Shown here one piece after another: positions 47,098-61,568 of a stretch of 64,000 nucleotides of DNA (positions within the stretch are counted from its first letter, which is position 1; each line of letters begins with the position of its first letter). This DNA is from Marsupella aquatica. Taxonomy: Eukaryota; Plantae; Marchantiophyta. The stretch is from the NCBI GenBank assembly GCA_973895155.1, contig OZ316892.1, positions 8,229,251-8,293,250 of the forward strand, read 5' to 3'. Position numbers and translations under genes: made by a program. The notes under the pieces were generated by a model, which was not told the DNA's origin, did no database searches, and saw nothing but the letters and a program-made list of their open reading frames with translations.

Positions 47098-49469
47098 TTC
47101 TCTGAGCGACCGTTGTTCCAAGTTCGGCTTCATCGGACTACTCACCGACACCATCCATGGTCGTACACTACCTGAGTTTGAATATGAGCCGCATTGCTGC
47201 TCTTTCACTGTTCAGGCAATCCACAGCGTAGGGGCCTACCCCAGCCTCCTCTAAGGTTCCGAACGGGTAAACTTATCAACCAGGGGACTATTAGATATTG
47301 GATCTATCTGCTTCTTTCGGCAGATCTCACAAGGAGCTTTTCAACATGGCAGCTGCAGTGATCTTTATGAGGGCCTCCAGGGTTTCTCGATCTCTTTACT
47401 CTCCTCGTGGTCCAGACTTTTCTACACCTGGCAGAAGCAGCAGCAGTAGCTCCCAATCTTCTGTTCAGAACGTACACGTAAAACCCCACCATCGGAATCA
47501 ACCTTCGTCCCGCCCTCTATCTCGGAGCGGTACGAACCAAGAATGCAGGAACTGTCCACCATTGTTGTTGCTTGAGTCACTCCCGCTCTTGTCATCCGCG
47601 ACCAAAATATACTGTTGCTGTTGGCTGTGCACTTTGTGCGCTGCTCGGACAGCTTAAGCAGGGTGACAGTTAGTGAGTGGTGAGTGCTTGCCGAAGCTCA
47701 AGAGTCCGGCACGACTAACGAGACAAAAGCGTTGGACCTATTCACGCAGAGGAGCCAGTAGGGCCCTCGTCACAACGAAGTGGAACTGGAAACGAAATCA
47801 AAGCGACGGAAGGCGGGTGACAAAATAAGGATGTCGGAGGGAGGAAGGGAAGGATGATAGCCGACAGGTGGGCTGATGACGCCGATTGGGGAAAGAAAGT
47901 AACGAGGTGGTAACTGATAAACTGAAATTCCAATGTCAATGTCCAACAGGAAACCGAAGGACTGTAGCTCCTGCAGTGGCAGCAGCTACTCTACTCATCT
48001 CCTGAAGGGCTGCACTGATCTGCGCCTAGCTGAGCTACACCTAGAGGGCTGTAGCAGGCGAGGAGGATGACGAGAGAACCTACGGTTGACCTACAGCTAC
48101 AGGTCCGTAGCTGGCGAGAGGAGGATCGAGAGAAGAACTGACTGTAGTTCCACTTCAAGTGCCTGCACTTAGCTACAGCAGCTGTGAAGGTGAGCATATT
48201 ATATTCAGTCGGATTGAGTTCATCAGCCTCACGGAGTCACGGCGGATCAGTGGATGAACTCGAGTCCAGACTTTGGAAGCCGGACGAGAGCGAACACCAC
48301 AGCGTCATCAATTCATCATAGCCTCTACGGACAGGGACAGACAAGCTAGAGCGGGGCCCGCATTAGATCCAGCCCAGACGAGATGGGTCAGGAGCACTCC
48401 CTTAGATGGACCCCCCAGTCACAATCTAGCAATCATCAGTTCTACACAGAAAACAGACAAATCGCTCTCCAACAGTAACCCGATAAAGTGCTTCGATAAA
48501 ATAATCAACTCCGTTGTTGGGACCTATCACCAATGGCATGGCATGCAATGCAATGAAGTGAAATCAAATGCCGGCAAGATACTAAGCCAGGCACGAGATG
48601 AGCACCTTCACAACAAGGAGCCTCGTCTGACAATGCCGATGACACTTTATTATAGACCGTAGCACGCAGCCAAGCAGCGGGATCTCTTCTTCTTCTGTTG
48701 GTCACCATGGTAGGAGGCTAGGAGCGGCACCATCATTCTCATCACCCCCTGCCTCTTCTTCTTCCACAGTGGGGCCCCCCTCGGCCACGAATCAAGGAAC
48801 ACAAGGGAGATGCAAGGCCTGCTTGCTCTGCTGGGTGCTCACTGCCGTGCCGTGCCGGTCCGTGCTGCTGCTGCATGCATGCTCGCTTCTGCAGAGCAGA
48901 TGACCGAGTGAACGGTGCAATATATTATGTTGTACTATATACCGCCGTGGGTTGGTATGATGGGCGAGAAGCGCATGCTCAAAAAGGCAGAGCACCAGGC
49001 AGGCAGGCATCCAATCCACCAAGCAAGGAACAGAAGGCCGGATAAAAGCCCCACCTGGGTAGGAAGGGAGCGAGGGAAGGATGCATGGGACGGATCCCAA
49101 GCTGTACTGCCGTTGTACTCGATCCTTATGTCCTTTGCTCGACACTTCAGCAAATTGACAGCCACATTGTAGCACAGTGAGACACAGTCGTCGTCCTCGC
49201 CATCTCCTTTTCCTTGCCTTGAGAATTCAATTCCTCATCAGCCTTGCAACAAAAGCAGAATCAGGAGAGAATCAGCAGCATACCATACAGAGAGAGGGCA
49301 GGCAGGCCACGAGGCAGGCCGAAACGAAACCCCATGGAAATTTCTGGAGTCTTTCATGCTCATCTTCAACGTCCTCGACATTTCTTGGAGCCAAGAAAGA
49401 GATGAGAAAAACCGGCCAATGTCTGCGCTCAAATAACCGTACATCACCACCTTCTTCTCATTCTACTTC

Positions 49470-49515
49470 TTCAACTCCCCCTCTTTCTCTCTCTCTCTCT
49501 CATCTCTCTCTCTCC
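49470..49515. repeat. (CT)n/(GA)n microsatellite upstream of the RLK gene
   Basis: ctctttctctctctctctctcatctctctctctcc. Confidence 0.85.
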
Positions 49516-50691
49516 TACATTCATTGATTCATTATTTCGTTCATTCATTCTCCACCGGAAATCACTCCACAGTGGTGCCACAATTCCCTCACTCCTTAAC
49601 GTACACACCTACTGATAAACTCGTCATTTGATTGGTACGACGTACTCTCCAAAAGTACACTGATGAAGCTCATGCAGAACCATAGTCAGAAGTGCAGTCA
49701 GAGACTTGTGGAATAACTCGGTGAGCTCATAAAAAGGCAGAGAAAAGGAGAGATAAGTTTGTCAGGGGCTATAAGGCGATGCTGTGGATGGAAATCTATT
49801 TCAAACCTGTTACTAAGATAGGATTGCTATGCTTTCATGAGACCTATGGAAACTGGCATTTGAACCAGGATGATACTGATATGGTGTAAAACATCTCATG
49901 CAGAACTGTACCACATAATGTGGAGACATCTGGGTTTGTGCAAAAAATACATAATTGTTAGAATTCGGACTTGATTGACAAGATATTTTAGAGTGCCTGT
50001 GTACCTTTAAATGATTTTCCGATGTAAATTTGAAGTATACCCTAAGCATCTTCATTGTGAACCCTGACTTTCTCGTGTTCTAATAAATCTCGTGTAAACT
50101 TAAAAAATAATAAAACCCGAGTATTTATGTTTTGGCGTTCCATTATTTACCAAAATGAAAAGGCAATTAATAACTCATGCACGTACTGCATGAACCCAGA
50201 ATGACACTAGTAGTTAGAAGAGAAGTCAGAGACATGATAATTATAACTCATTGAGCTCATAAGCACGACCAAAAGACACAGAGATATGTCAAGTCATACG
50301 CTTGGAATGTATTCCATTTCAAACCTTCTACTAGGATACCAGATTTAAGCTTTCAATTGAGATCTTTGAAAATTATAGGCTTTGAAAGAGGATGACATGA
50401 CTGTAGTGCAAAGAAGATTTCCTTTCTTGCAAAGAGGGTTTGGGGAGTACCATTGGAGTCCATAGGTTGTGATGGAGATCTAATCTGAGTTACTACTCTC
50501 GATCTCGCTGTAGGTGGATCTCGCTGTAGACGGATCTCGCTGTAGATGGCTTGTAACTCCATATGATGAAGTAAACTTGCTACCAACACTGATCAGGTGT
50601 CACTACATATATGAATGATGCAGCAGACAGGAGAATGCAAGAGATCTCAATTTGTCCAACCATTGTTTGTCTACCTATAAGCCCAAAGCTA

Positions 50692-51313
50692 CCAGCCCAA
50701 TGCCTGTGTGTTGCATAGAAGATGTTGAGGCAGGGCAAAGAGGTCTAGGTGAGATAAAGTTGTCAAGGCAAAACAAGGTGAAGAAAATAATGCAGGTGAG
50801 ACAAGAAAATCTAGACAAGGCAATAAAATGCAGATGAGGCAAGGAAATTGTTGCTCAGGCGCACATCTTATGTGTTGTTGTGCCATGTTACCATCAAGCT
50901 CATGGGGATTTTGCAGCAAGAAAGTTATTCCAATGCCCAGATCACGGCCCAGCTATGTGTGCACAATAACTTGTTGTTATGACTATTTTCTGCGTCATTA
51001 AGTTGTGGCCATGATTGTGATTATTGTAGCCAATCATGTTTGTTGCGGCCATGGGGTTGTTGTGGTCATGAGATCATTCCGGCCATCTTGTTGTTGTATC
51101 CATGCGGTCATTGCGGATATGCGGTCATTCTGGTCACTTGTTGTATGACCATCGCGGCCATATTTTGTATCCATATATTTGTTGCGGTCATGGTGTTATT
51201 ATGGCCATGTCATTGTGGTCATGTTGTTGGGTGTGCAAGTGTAGTCTGAGAAAAATTAACAAGGGAATATCTAAGTGAAGTGAATAATCTCAATGACAAT
51301 ATAATGCGTAAGA
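50692..51313 (-). mobile_element. Degenerate Helitron-like element related to 20150-20774
   Basis: The end accagcccaatgcctgtgtgttgcata resembles actagcccaatgcccatgcattgcaca (20149). It is followed by similar AAGATGT.GAGG repeats and TGG(C/T)CATG repeats. Candidate far end is TAAGA|T. Confidence 0.4.
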
Positions 51314-54300
51314 TCTTAATTGCAAATGTTTAACAATGGACCCAGTGCCCATGTGTTGCACAATGTCATTGCCCATGCAGTATTGTGGCTATGGTTTCAT
51401 TGGTGCAACACTACTAACTTGACTGTGCATTACACAAAAATGCCAACTGAGGTGAGGCAGACAAATGAAATGTGTGTATAAGTGACAAAGTCATAGAGGC
51501 ACAAAAGTGTCATCAAATCCAGGAAGAAAAGAAATGTCACATTGGTGAAAACAAAGTGTCATCAATGGTGATACTTATGTCACACTTGAAGCAAAACCTA
51601 GTGGAAAGGAAGGGTCACCTTCAGGTTGGGCCATGGCACTGCTCTGTGTTGTTGATCATTTGTTAAAATGGCAAGCTAGGAAGGGAGGGATATATTCAAG
51701 TTTTTGCAAGTATGTCCATAAGGAGGTGGGACGGATTTACCCCACCCCACCATTTTTCCTATTAAGCCCCCACCCCTTATGGCAACTTTGGCCCCACTGC
51801 TCACAGGCCCCTAGAGAGTCTATTAATCCCACTCTTTCACTTCTTTTCCTGGCTAATTTTTTTCCTCTGCAGCCATATCCTCCCTCCCATCATAATCTAT
51901 AGGTTTTTTTAATCTGTCTTTGAAATATTGAATTGCTCCAAACCTAAATTTCCCTAGAATTTTTCTCAGTGATGAATTCTTCTTATCTACAAAAGTAATG
52001 GGGAAACAAGAACATCAATCCATAACAATGATTTATTATTGGGTTGCACGGGACATGACAAACTCTAGAGTATACCCCTAAACAAGCAACTTTTACATAG
52101 TACTTGTAAGTGTGCCCCTTTTCACCCTGTCTTGATAAAGCTATATAATATTGAAATAATTTACATAAAAACTAAGTTTGTTTATTCTCCCTTTAACCAG
52201 TCCGATCATCTTGAAACTTACATTGATGGTCAATTTATCACAAGATCCTAGTCCAACTCTGAACTATTTGACAAGTTGAGCAAACATATATAACTAAGTG
52301 ATGAAGGTCTGACTCACAAAATGCATAACATGTTAGTGTGAGCATTTGTGATATGGTCATTTTGATTCCCCTAATAAAAATTTAGTCTGTGCCATCCTAG
52401 AGTTCCAGGATTTTATATTTTAATACTATGAATCCAATCATTCCATTCCAGTGAATTTCCACCACTTGATAGAAGTTCTATTTGTTCTCAAGTGAGAGTG
52501 AGCAGAATTATTTTGAAGAATGTGCACACCTGGTGTTAAGTTCCCCTTGTGGTTTACTTTGCTAAATATATTTGTGGTTTTCTTTGCTAAATATATTGAA
52601 CTGACTCTCATTAATATCTCAGGCAAGTGAATATAATATGTACCTTATGTGCACAACTCTCTCAACAACTGTTAGGTATCTTTGTACTTTCCTGGTCATT
52701 ATATGCTTTTCTTTGCAGGTGCTCCACTTATGTTTTTGTAAATTATCTCACTCACTCTTAACCCGGGCTCTTAACATATACTTGGTACCTTACTTAGACT
52801 CTCTGACTTCTTTTATCCTAAATAAAGTAGATCATATACATATCACTACAAGACAGCAAATCAAACATATTAGAGGATGAACAGGCTATATTATTTGGCA
52901 ATTTGTTCATAATATTTCATTGACCATTTTTTCACTTGTAAAAAATTGAACATGGGTCCTACAGGTTTTTGTGGTTCCTATAGTCAGGCCTATAGTATGT
53001 TGCAAACATTGGAGATGGAAAGTAAAATAGGCTAACTTTGTGAGAGATGGGGTTGGGATTACTATGGTGGTGACTCTGACTCAATTAAAGGGTTGCAAGG
53101 AAAATTGATACCCCTTTCATCATTTTTCAGAATGTCATGAATGACTAACCTGTGACTTACCCAATTATTCACGTAATTGCATAGGCCAGGGATAACAATT
53201 AACTGATTGAGAGGCTGCTAAAATTTGGTGAAGGTCTCCCTCAAAGTCTCACTAGTCACTGCTCAGATGTATTTATGATGACATAGTTGGTCCCTTGTGT
53301 AGGTTTCTTCCACAATATATTGTATGTACTAGTCCAATAGAATGGAAAGACAACTTCTTGTTGTGAACAATTAGATAGAAGACTGAGGTATATGCATATT
53401 GCTATGCAACAAAATTTTAATTATTTTGACAGAGGCAAGTGTGAACAAGCTAGACATATAATTTTGTCATGATGTACCAAACAATGACTTGGCTATGGTG
53501 TTAAACTCAAAGGTCCACAACACGGACCAAAGACATTTGGGAGAGCATTACAATGAAATCAGCAATGTTGATAATCATGCATGATCATCAAAACTAGTCT
53601 ATCATTGGTGAGGCAATCAACAGGATTCCCGCAGACATTGGGGGTTGTACAAAACTACTTCAAGTGGGAAATTAAAAAAAAAACCATCAAGATTACTTTG
53701 GACCAGAGTCCTTATTAATAAAAGGATTAATAATAGCAAGCTTGTTGTCGGTGCGCTTCTTTTTGTAAGTTTCAACCTCGGGTTTAAACCATCAAGCAAA
53801 CATGCAACATGCAATGTTTGGCATGCACAGTCATGGCCATCCAACAAACAAGTAGTCGACATAGAGGGACACACAGTTCACCTCCAATGAGACTATGTCC
53901 ACGGGAACACTGGGGGACACATGAAAGTTTTACTGCACTCAACCTCGTCGCCTATACCAAGTCTGCGCAACACAAACTCTCCCTATTTCTCAAGTGGCTC
54001 CATATATAACAATGAACCTGCATTTGCTCTCACAAGCAAACATTTGCTTAGTTGTGTATATAGGATGCAACACATCTAACCTAACCAAGTCTGGAACTAC
54101 AGTTAGCCTAATTACCCATGTTACAGTCATAACTCTAGACCTAAGAGTAATTTAATGCCTAACAATTATTGGCTTGCTACAGGCTTTCCTTTTGGCATTT
54201 TCATCTTATATCATTTTTACAGGGATTTTCCCCTTACAAGCTATAAAGATCATCCATTAAAATTTGTCTTCAACTAATAAGATTTGGCAGTGATTTACAA

Positions 54301-54459
54301 TTTGAAAAGTTCAGTTCTTTTTGGTTGTAACTCAACTTGACGCCTTGCTTAAGTCATTCCAATACATTGTACAGTGGCCTAGATAATACCTTTCTAATGC
54401 ACAATATTCTTTTGGTTCTCAAGTATACATTTTTAGTTAGACTGTCCATAATTTGGATT

Positions 54460-54685
54460 GATGCACAAATCATTCATTAATGTTCTTATGTCTTAAAAAC
54501 TTATATGTTCTTACAAATTGAAAAAGTGTTCTGTGCCAGACAACCAAGTAGGGATAGAAGTCAAGAGCTTATGAGTCAACACAAATCTTTTCACTTATCC
54601 CAATTGACATGCACAATGGACAAATTTGCAGATTTAGATGTTGACACTAACCATGGATCCAACAATATTGCACTGAAAGACAGCA
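54460..54685 (+). repeat. Dispersed degenerate repeat, copy 2
   Basis: Homologous to 32710-32925. Confidence 0.7.
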
Positions 54686-57027
54686 TCAACTTGAGCATCA
54701 ACGCCCCCAATCAAGGATTACTTTGGGATTGTTCTAGTTAGAGAGGCCACTGGATTGCCCACTTCATCTTGAAGTAGAAGATGACTCCAGATTAATAGTA
54801 CAAAAAGAATTTGATCTTTATACAAAGACAATTAATTTGAGAATACTAACTAAGCTTAAAGGTTTCAGAAAGATCCTTAAATTTAAATGTTTCACGATCC
54901 ACAATATATTGGACTGAATTGAGCTAATGCTACATATATTGAAGTTGCAGATGGATGAGGTGGTGCATGTAAGCCTGCAGAAACTCATTTGTTCTCAAGG
55001 TTGAGTTGAGATCAAGCTAGAAGTGTGCCATGCTCCACACCATGGCAGTCGTCAAGTAGATGGTTTAGGGATTGCACTAGAATCCTACTTGAACATGAGA
55101 TGACAACTTCTCTGGTGTGACAAGATACAGAGGGAAGAGGAATGACTGTACCTTGAGGCACCCTAGCTCATGTTATTTATCTATATGAGTGCAATTTAGG
55201 CCCCATTAGTGTACAACAAGGAAAGCTCAAGAGTAACACATCAAATAAACAAAAATGGGTAAAGAAGGGGTAAAAGAAAACAACCATTGAAAAACTTGAG
55301 CCTATCACATGGTGCAAATCCGGTGTAAGTGCAAGGCCTGGCTTCTTCCCGGAAGTGTGCATTTAGCAAGAATAGATACTATGTATCAGGCACACTTTTG
55401 TGTCAAAAATAATTGTAGGAGCAACATTTTTGAACAAGAAGCTCGGATGGACATATACATTTGTTGAGACAACCTGGATGGACACAGCCACATGACAGTG
55501 TATAGTAACACCAATGACCAATGACCAATGACTCCTGATTGATTCACAATTTTCTTGAGAACAACCACTACCGAGAGTTGAAAGCTCAGACACCAGCTAG
55601 TCAATTTAGACACAACCAGAGTAGAAAGCACCACAAGCTCAAATGCCCTGGCGAGCTTCCTCAGCACATGCATGATTTCTGCCAAAGAGACCTTTGCCTC
55701 AATTGAATTGAGATGTAATTACCAGTGCCACATCAAAATCAAACAAATGTAGTCACCACATTGCTTGATCCTAATTCTGAAATCAACAGACACCAATGAT
55801 TGACTGCAATCATATGATGAGATATGATTGATGTGTTGCTGGCAATTGAAATTATAAGGCACATAGAACTTGAAAGGAAAAGAAGTGCACCAATGATGAT
55901 AACACAAAATCCAAAGAACTGAGTCAATTGCCAACACTATCATGAGGGTACTAAACAGATACAGTGAGAACCTATGCTCATATAAACCCTACTAGACATG
56001 ATTTGCAACTTGGTGTCGAGTATTTTCTGTTTGCTTACCAAGTATTTTTGCCAAAGCATTGTAAGCACTCAAGCCATTAATATTGCAAGAAGGAAAACCG
56101 GCATCATGCACAGACTATTGGAAGAACCAACCAAAATACTCCTGGTCCCGGTTTGGGTCCCGGTCAGACACCTCCTTACATGTCACTTTTGGAGTGCAAA
56201 TGAGACGTGTGTTATACAAGCAAGTTCCCAAGTTCAGGTTGTGTCCATCCAGGTTGTGTTTATCCATCCAGGTTTTTTTTTGTATATATCAAACTGCTCA
56301 ACAACAAAAGATGCCCAACCAGGAGTCATGATCCCTTCCAGATATAACCGAATCAGGGAGAACAACGGAAAGGCCAAAGAGCCAGAAAGATCAGGGCAAA
56401 AGTGAGATGTTTGCTTGATGGGCCCCTGCCAAAAAATATATATGTGATAGGCCCTTATGAAACCTTTGTTGTAAATTTGTCCCCCTCTGACACTTTTATG
56501 TCAGATGCGGGGTCAGATGTTCTTGCGCAAATTGCAAGTTCCTAAGTGAAGACAATATGGTCAATGTCTTCAGGTTTGAATTTAATCAATAGAATGACAT
56601 TTGTTGCAACTTTCAAAAATTGTTTGTGTGAAACAAAGACAACATGGAGTCAATTCTATCATGAAAAGTTTACTAGTCTACAAGAACTAGACTGAATGTT
56701 TAGCTAAATGTTGTACAACCCCATCATGTAGCAATGGATCCCCTAAAACTCTATAATCATGTGAAGACATAATCCATCATCTTTAAGCATAGTGGTACAT
56801 GCAAAAAGTGGTGTGCAAAGAGTGTGGTGGAAAATGTAGGGTTGACCATGTACTTAACTTAAGCACCTATGTAAGGGGCCTAACTTGTAACAAAAGTTTA
56901 ATATGGGCCTATCATTTAAATTGTGTTTTAGCAAGGATCCAGATCCTATCAAGCGTATACCTCACGCAAAAGCCCTCCACAAGGTCTGTGTCCATTTGGC
57001 GCTTTCAATCATTTCCGGATCAGTATC

Positions 57028-57283
57028 AATCATTCTCAGGTGTCTTTGAAAACCGGCTACAAAACATTCCTTCAGGCGAGAATAGGCCGGCAAAATGGAA
57101 TCCTCGACACGAAATCATTCTCAGGTGTTTTTGAAAACCGGGGACAAAACATTCATTCAAGCAAGAATATGCCGGCAAAATGGAATACGCGACACGAAAT
57201 ATTCGCAAGTGCCTTCGAAAACCGGCGACAAAGCATTCATTCAGGCGAGAATAGGCCGGGAAATAGAATCCGCGACACGAAAT
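57028..57283. repeat. Three 85-bp tandem repeats upstream of IRE1
   Basis: Units start at 57028, 57113 and 57198: aatcattctcaggtgt.tttgaaaaccgg..acaaaacattc.ttcaggcgagaataggccggcaaaatggaatc..cgacacg. Confidence 0.88.
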
Positions 57284-58559
57284 GCGGATCCCTACGACTC
57301 ACGGATGAAAATGTGGAACGGACGGCCGTAAAGGATAATGCGGCAATCGACGAACAGCCGCAAACGAGAACACGGGTTTGGTTTTTCCGGACACTTCCGA
57401 AATGTTCACTCTTCTGTACACAGCAGAAAGCAATTTCGACTCCACAGTGAATTTCGACAGTTTTGAGAAAGAGAGCAGAGGGAGAGGCGATGGGAGAAAC
57501 AACGACAGCGAGGGGTGCCATAGTTCGATGTGGAGCTCGTCTATCTAAGCTGTATTCCACTTCGGCACTCCACCCCCTTCGTCGAAGTCCCCTTCTTCCT
57601 CTTCTTCTTCCTCGTCAGGTATGATGCCCAGGCTCGTAGCCCCTCTTTCTGGAATTGCTGCGTCCTTTTCTGCTTGGTATTCATGTACACGTTCAACGCT
57701 TGTATGGATTGATTTGAAGTCGCACAATTTAGTCAGACGGGACAAAGTTGCTGATACTAGTCACTCTCGTCGACTATGGATTGTTTGCTTCATTGAAGGA
57801 GTTGAATGGAATTGGTAGAGATGAAGGTCAGGGTTTAGGCAATTGGTAGCTCTCTTTCTCGAATTCCTGATTGTTTTTCTTCTTGTTGGTCATGTCCATG
57901 CAACACTCGTCTGGCTCCATCTGAAGTTTTTGTATTCCGAAAAGCTGCTTACTTCTAGTCAATCTCGCCCAGGCAGTTGAGTTTAGTTGAATTGACAGTG
58001 CTGGCGATCTGGTTTTAGGGTTTAGGCACTTTCGTTGCCGAGTGTGTGAGGAAGGCAGAGGAAGGCAAAGATTGAGCTCCTCGAACTTCGTAACCTTGTA
58101 CAATTATACCAGGTTTGAAGAGCCGGTGTTTTCTTGACCTAGTGAAGTAAATTGAATATGAGTGGGAGAGGTAATATTGGGAAAAGAAATGGCCTGGAAT
58201 ACCCAACCCTCTGAGGATTGCTATCAATGTCTTGTGGTCGTCGTCTGGATTGCAATTTTGCTTCTAGTGAAACAACATTGTGGACCTTCCAGTTCTTCTG
58301 TTATGTTCTGAATTGCAGTGTTACAGTTTTCACTGGTTAGTGGCACTGCCTGGAGGAGTTCTCTGATGTTTTCTTGTCGTACATGCCAGAATCGTGCATG
58401 AACTGAAATGGGCAAGGAATTGCCAGGAGTACCTGTAAGTACAAAGAGAATGAGAGAGGGTGTACTAAGGCCTTACTGGCGCAGATGTGGTATTGAATCT
58501 CTACTTATTGAGGAGGGTGAGCAGTGACCAGCAGCCGTAGTAGCAGCTTGAGTGATGAA

Positions 58560-61500
58560 ATGGTGGTGTTCGGACCAAGTGCTGTTGGCAGGGCAAGGCG
58601 GTTCATCGCCATGCTGGTTTGCATGTTTTTGGTGGTAAATGTTGTGGTATCATCATCATCTGCAGTGTTCGAGAATTCTCCGGAGGGGACAGTCACTGAG
58701 TTGTTTTTGGGCAGATCAGGCACTGAGTTGTTCCTGGGCAGATCCAACACATTCCTTTTGTCTTTGGATGACGGCACTGTGCAGGCATGGGGGGAGAAGT
58801 CCGATGTAGCGCTTTGGTCTTTTCCATCAGGGCCTCCTTTAACTGCGTTTCGCTCGTTTTCTAAGGATATTGAAGGCGAAGAAGAGTATTGGAATGTTGA
58901 AGGACCTAGAGTTTCAATTGAAGATGACGGTTTTATTTCAATTCATAATGTCCTAAATAGGACAAGGGTAGGGGTTCCGTGATTGTTCAAAGTTACCTCC
59001 TTGTCTGTTGATTTTTTCTGAATTGAAGGTTCTCTTGTGGGTAGAAATCACGTAATGCGACAGATGCAGAGTGGGCCAGCCGTGTTCTTTCTGTCTTGTG
59101 ATGTCATTACCTCTGCATGCGGTTTAATAACGGTTGGGAATCCTTGTTCGATCTCCAGACTTTGAAAATCACGCTTGAAGATTTACGGCAAGGGATAGTT
59201 CACGTCAGGAGTGGAGAAATCATTCAAGTGGATCGTCACACGAAAGTTTTTTTTGTGGACCTAGACACTGGAGCTATCACGCAGGAACTTTGGAATGGTA
59301 AGGCCGAGGACCTGAATCTCGACCAAGAAAAGGAGTCTCTTTTTCTCATCCGCACGGATTACTCTGCGAAGGCACGTAACTTGTCGGGGAGTTCATTATG
59401 GAGTTTTTCTTATGGGGAAATCGGAACTCTAGTCACAGGTCTAGAAACCTCCAATCAAAATGTAGCGTCCCTTTCACTGCTTCCGAAAATGCAAGTTTCA
59501 TCAAATGGAGTTCCATATAAGACTTCGCCTCCGCTAATACATCCTGAAGCCACAGTTGGACAGGCAGGTGCAGAACCTAAGTCCCTTCCATCAGCTCAAA
59601 GTACGGGTCATGAGCATCTAGCTCTACCTGGAGTCCCACCCCCTGCATCCCTGCCTCTATCGAAACCTCCGGTTTCCATCTGGGAAGAGCATGACAGTAG
59701 CATTATGCCCCACGTGCATCCGTCTGATATGGTAGGTGTTCTTGCTCCTGGTAGGCCTTCCTCTCCTAATGCCGCCTCTAAAATACAGGTTACTTACACA
59801 ACTGCAATTGGCATCGTGACAATAGCAATTGTTGGTGTTGTTTTGAAGATTTCGGTTAGACCTAAGGTGGCACTTGTAAGTCGTCTAAAGAAAAAGAAAG
59901 TACGGAAGCTTTCTCCAAATGGCAAGGAGACACTGTCAAGTACGACCCAGAAGTCCGATGGATCGACTAAGCAATCTAGAGCCACGTTGGAGCTCAAGTA
60001 TGGAAGCGGGACTCAAGTGGGTCGATTGTTTGTCACGAATGTCTTGATCGGCTGTGGGAGCAATGGGACTCTTGTGCTAGAAGGCTATCTAGATGACAGA
60101 AAGGTAGCTGTGAAGCGGCTCCTCGCCCAGTATTACGAGAAGGCACAGAAGGAAATGGCGCTTTTGATTGCATCTGATGAGCACCCAAATGTGGTCCGAT
60201 ACTATGCAACAGAGGAAACGGAAGATTTTGTGTATGTGTCCCTGGAAAGGTGTAGTTTTAGTCTGTATGACTTAATTCTTGCTCAGACTTCTCAGAATGC
60301 CGAGAAGAAGGTGAAGGAAGGTCTAGCTGGCAAAGGGCTGAAGCTACGGAGCGTGGAAGACTTCAAGCTTTGGGACGAGAGAGGGCGGCCATCTCCACAA
60401 TTATTCCAGATTATGAGAGATATTGTTGCTGGCTTGGCACATCTCCATGCGGTTGGTATTGTACACAGAGACCTGAAACCCCACAATGTACTCATTAGTA
60501 GCGGACGAATTATGCAGGCCAAGATTGCAGACATGGGACTCAGTAAACAGCTGGATGATGATGCAGTCTCATTTGATACTCAGCTTACAGGATATGGTAG
60601 TTTTGGGAGTCGAGGTTGGCAAGCTCCTGAGCAACTGTTGCAAGGAAGGGGCTCTCGGGCTGTGGATATTTTCAGTCTTGGTTGTGTGTTGTATCATTGT
60701 ATAACGGAAGGTCAACATCCATTTGGTTCACATCTAGAGCGAGATGGAAATATAGCATGTGGGAAGGTGGACCTATTCCACATCATTGAATTTTCCGAGG
60801 CCTCGGACTTAATAGAAAGTATGCTGGATCCTGACCCAGCCAAAAGACCATCAGCACAAGATATCTTGCTCCACCCTTTCTTCTGGGATGCTGAGAAACG
60901 TATGTCCTTTTTGCGAGATGCTAGTGACCGAGTGGAGTTGGACATCAAAGATCCCAATTCCATTCTTTACGCAGATTTGGAGAGTCTGGAGCCATATGTA
61001 TTATGTGGCGGTTGGGATGTGAAGTTGGATTTCCCTCTTCTGCAAAACATCCGAGGTTATCGACGGTATAACTTCAAGAGTGTGCGAGATTTGCTTCGGG
61101 TGATTCGCAACAAGGCGAATCACTATAGAGACCTTCCTGAGCAGTTGCAGGTAGAATTACATTACTTCATCTGCTCATGTCAACGTGTTTAAATTGTCTT
61201 CCAGCTGTCTTTTGCCGTTCAATATGCAAATGTTCAGGTTTACCTTCTTACTACCATGCTCAAATTGTAATTTAGGAAGACCGAGGTTAAAATCATCTGA
61301 TCTATAGAAGGTATTCTTAAGTCATCGATGTAGACAATTGCGTGCAACTCAACTTGGGCTGGCTTTGTAACCTCATCCCATTTGATGGCTGCAGACTACG
61401 TTGGGAAGTGTTCCGGATGGTATCAACAACTACTTTTCAAGCCGGTTCCCGCGGCTTCTGATCGAAGTTTATCATGTTATTGGATATCATTGTAAAGGTG

Positions 61501-61568
61501 ACATTTCTTTTGAGAAGTACTATTCTGCAAGCTGTTATTCAAAATTTCCACCGCAAGAATCACAGTGA
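58560..61568 (+). CDS. IRE1: IRE1 Ser/Thr kinase-endoribonuclease (ER stress sensor), ~857 aa
   Basis: join(58560-58967,59159-61150,61395-61568), phase-0 GT-AG introns. Signal/anchor, luminal LSLDDGTV..WSFPSGPPL, TM helix, GSNGTLVLEG, LIASDEHPNVVRYY, HRDLKPHNVL, ADMG, GSRGWQAPEQL, and KEN domain FLRDASDRVE, SVRDLLRVIRNKANHYR, YFSSRFPRLLIEVY. Confidence 0.96.

Noticed and set aside
47300-56900. Numerous 60-135-aa ORFs between the RLK and IRE1
   Set aside because: No domain motifs or coherent splice structure; consistent with intergenic DNA and decayed repeats.
57090-57283. ERSE/UPRE elements upstream of IRE1
   Set aside because: A CACG core is present, but there is no CCAAT-N9/10-CCACG or TGACGTG match.
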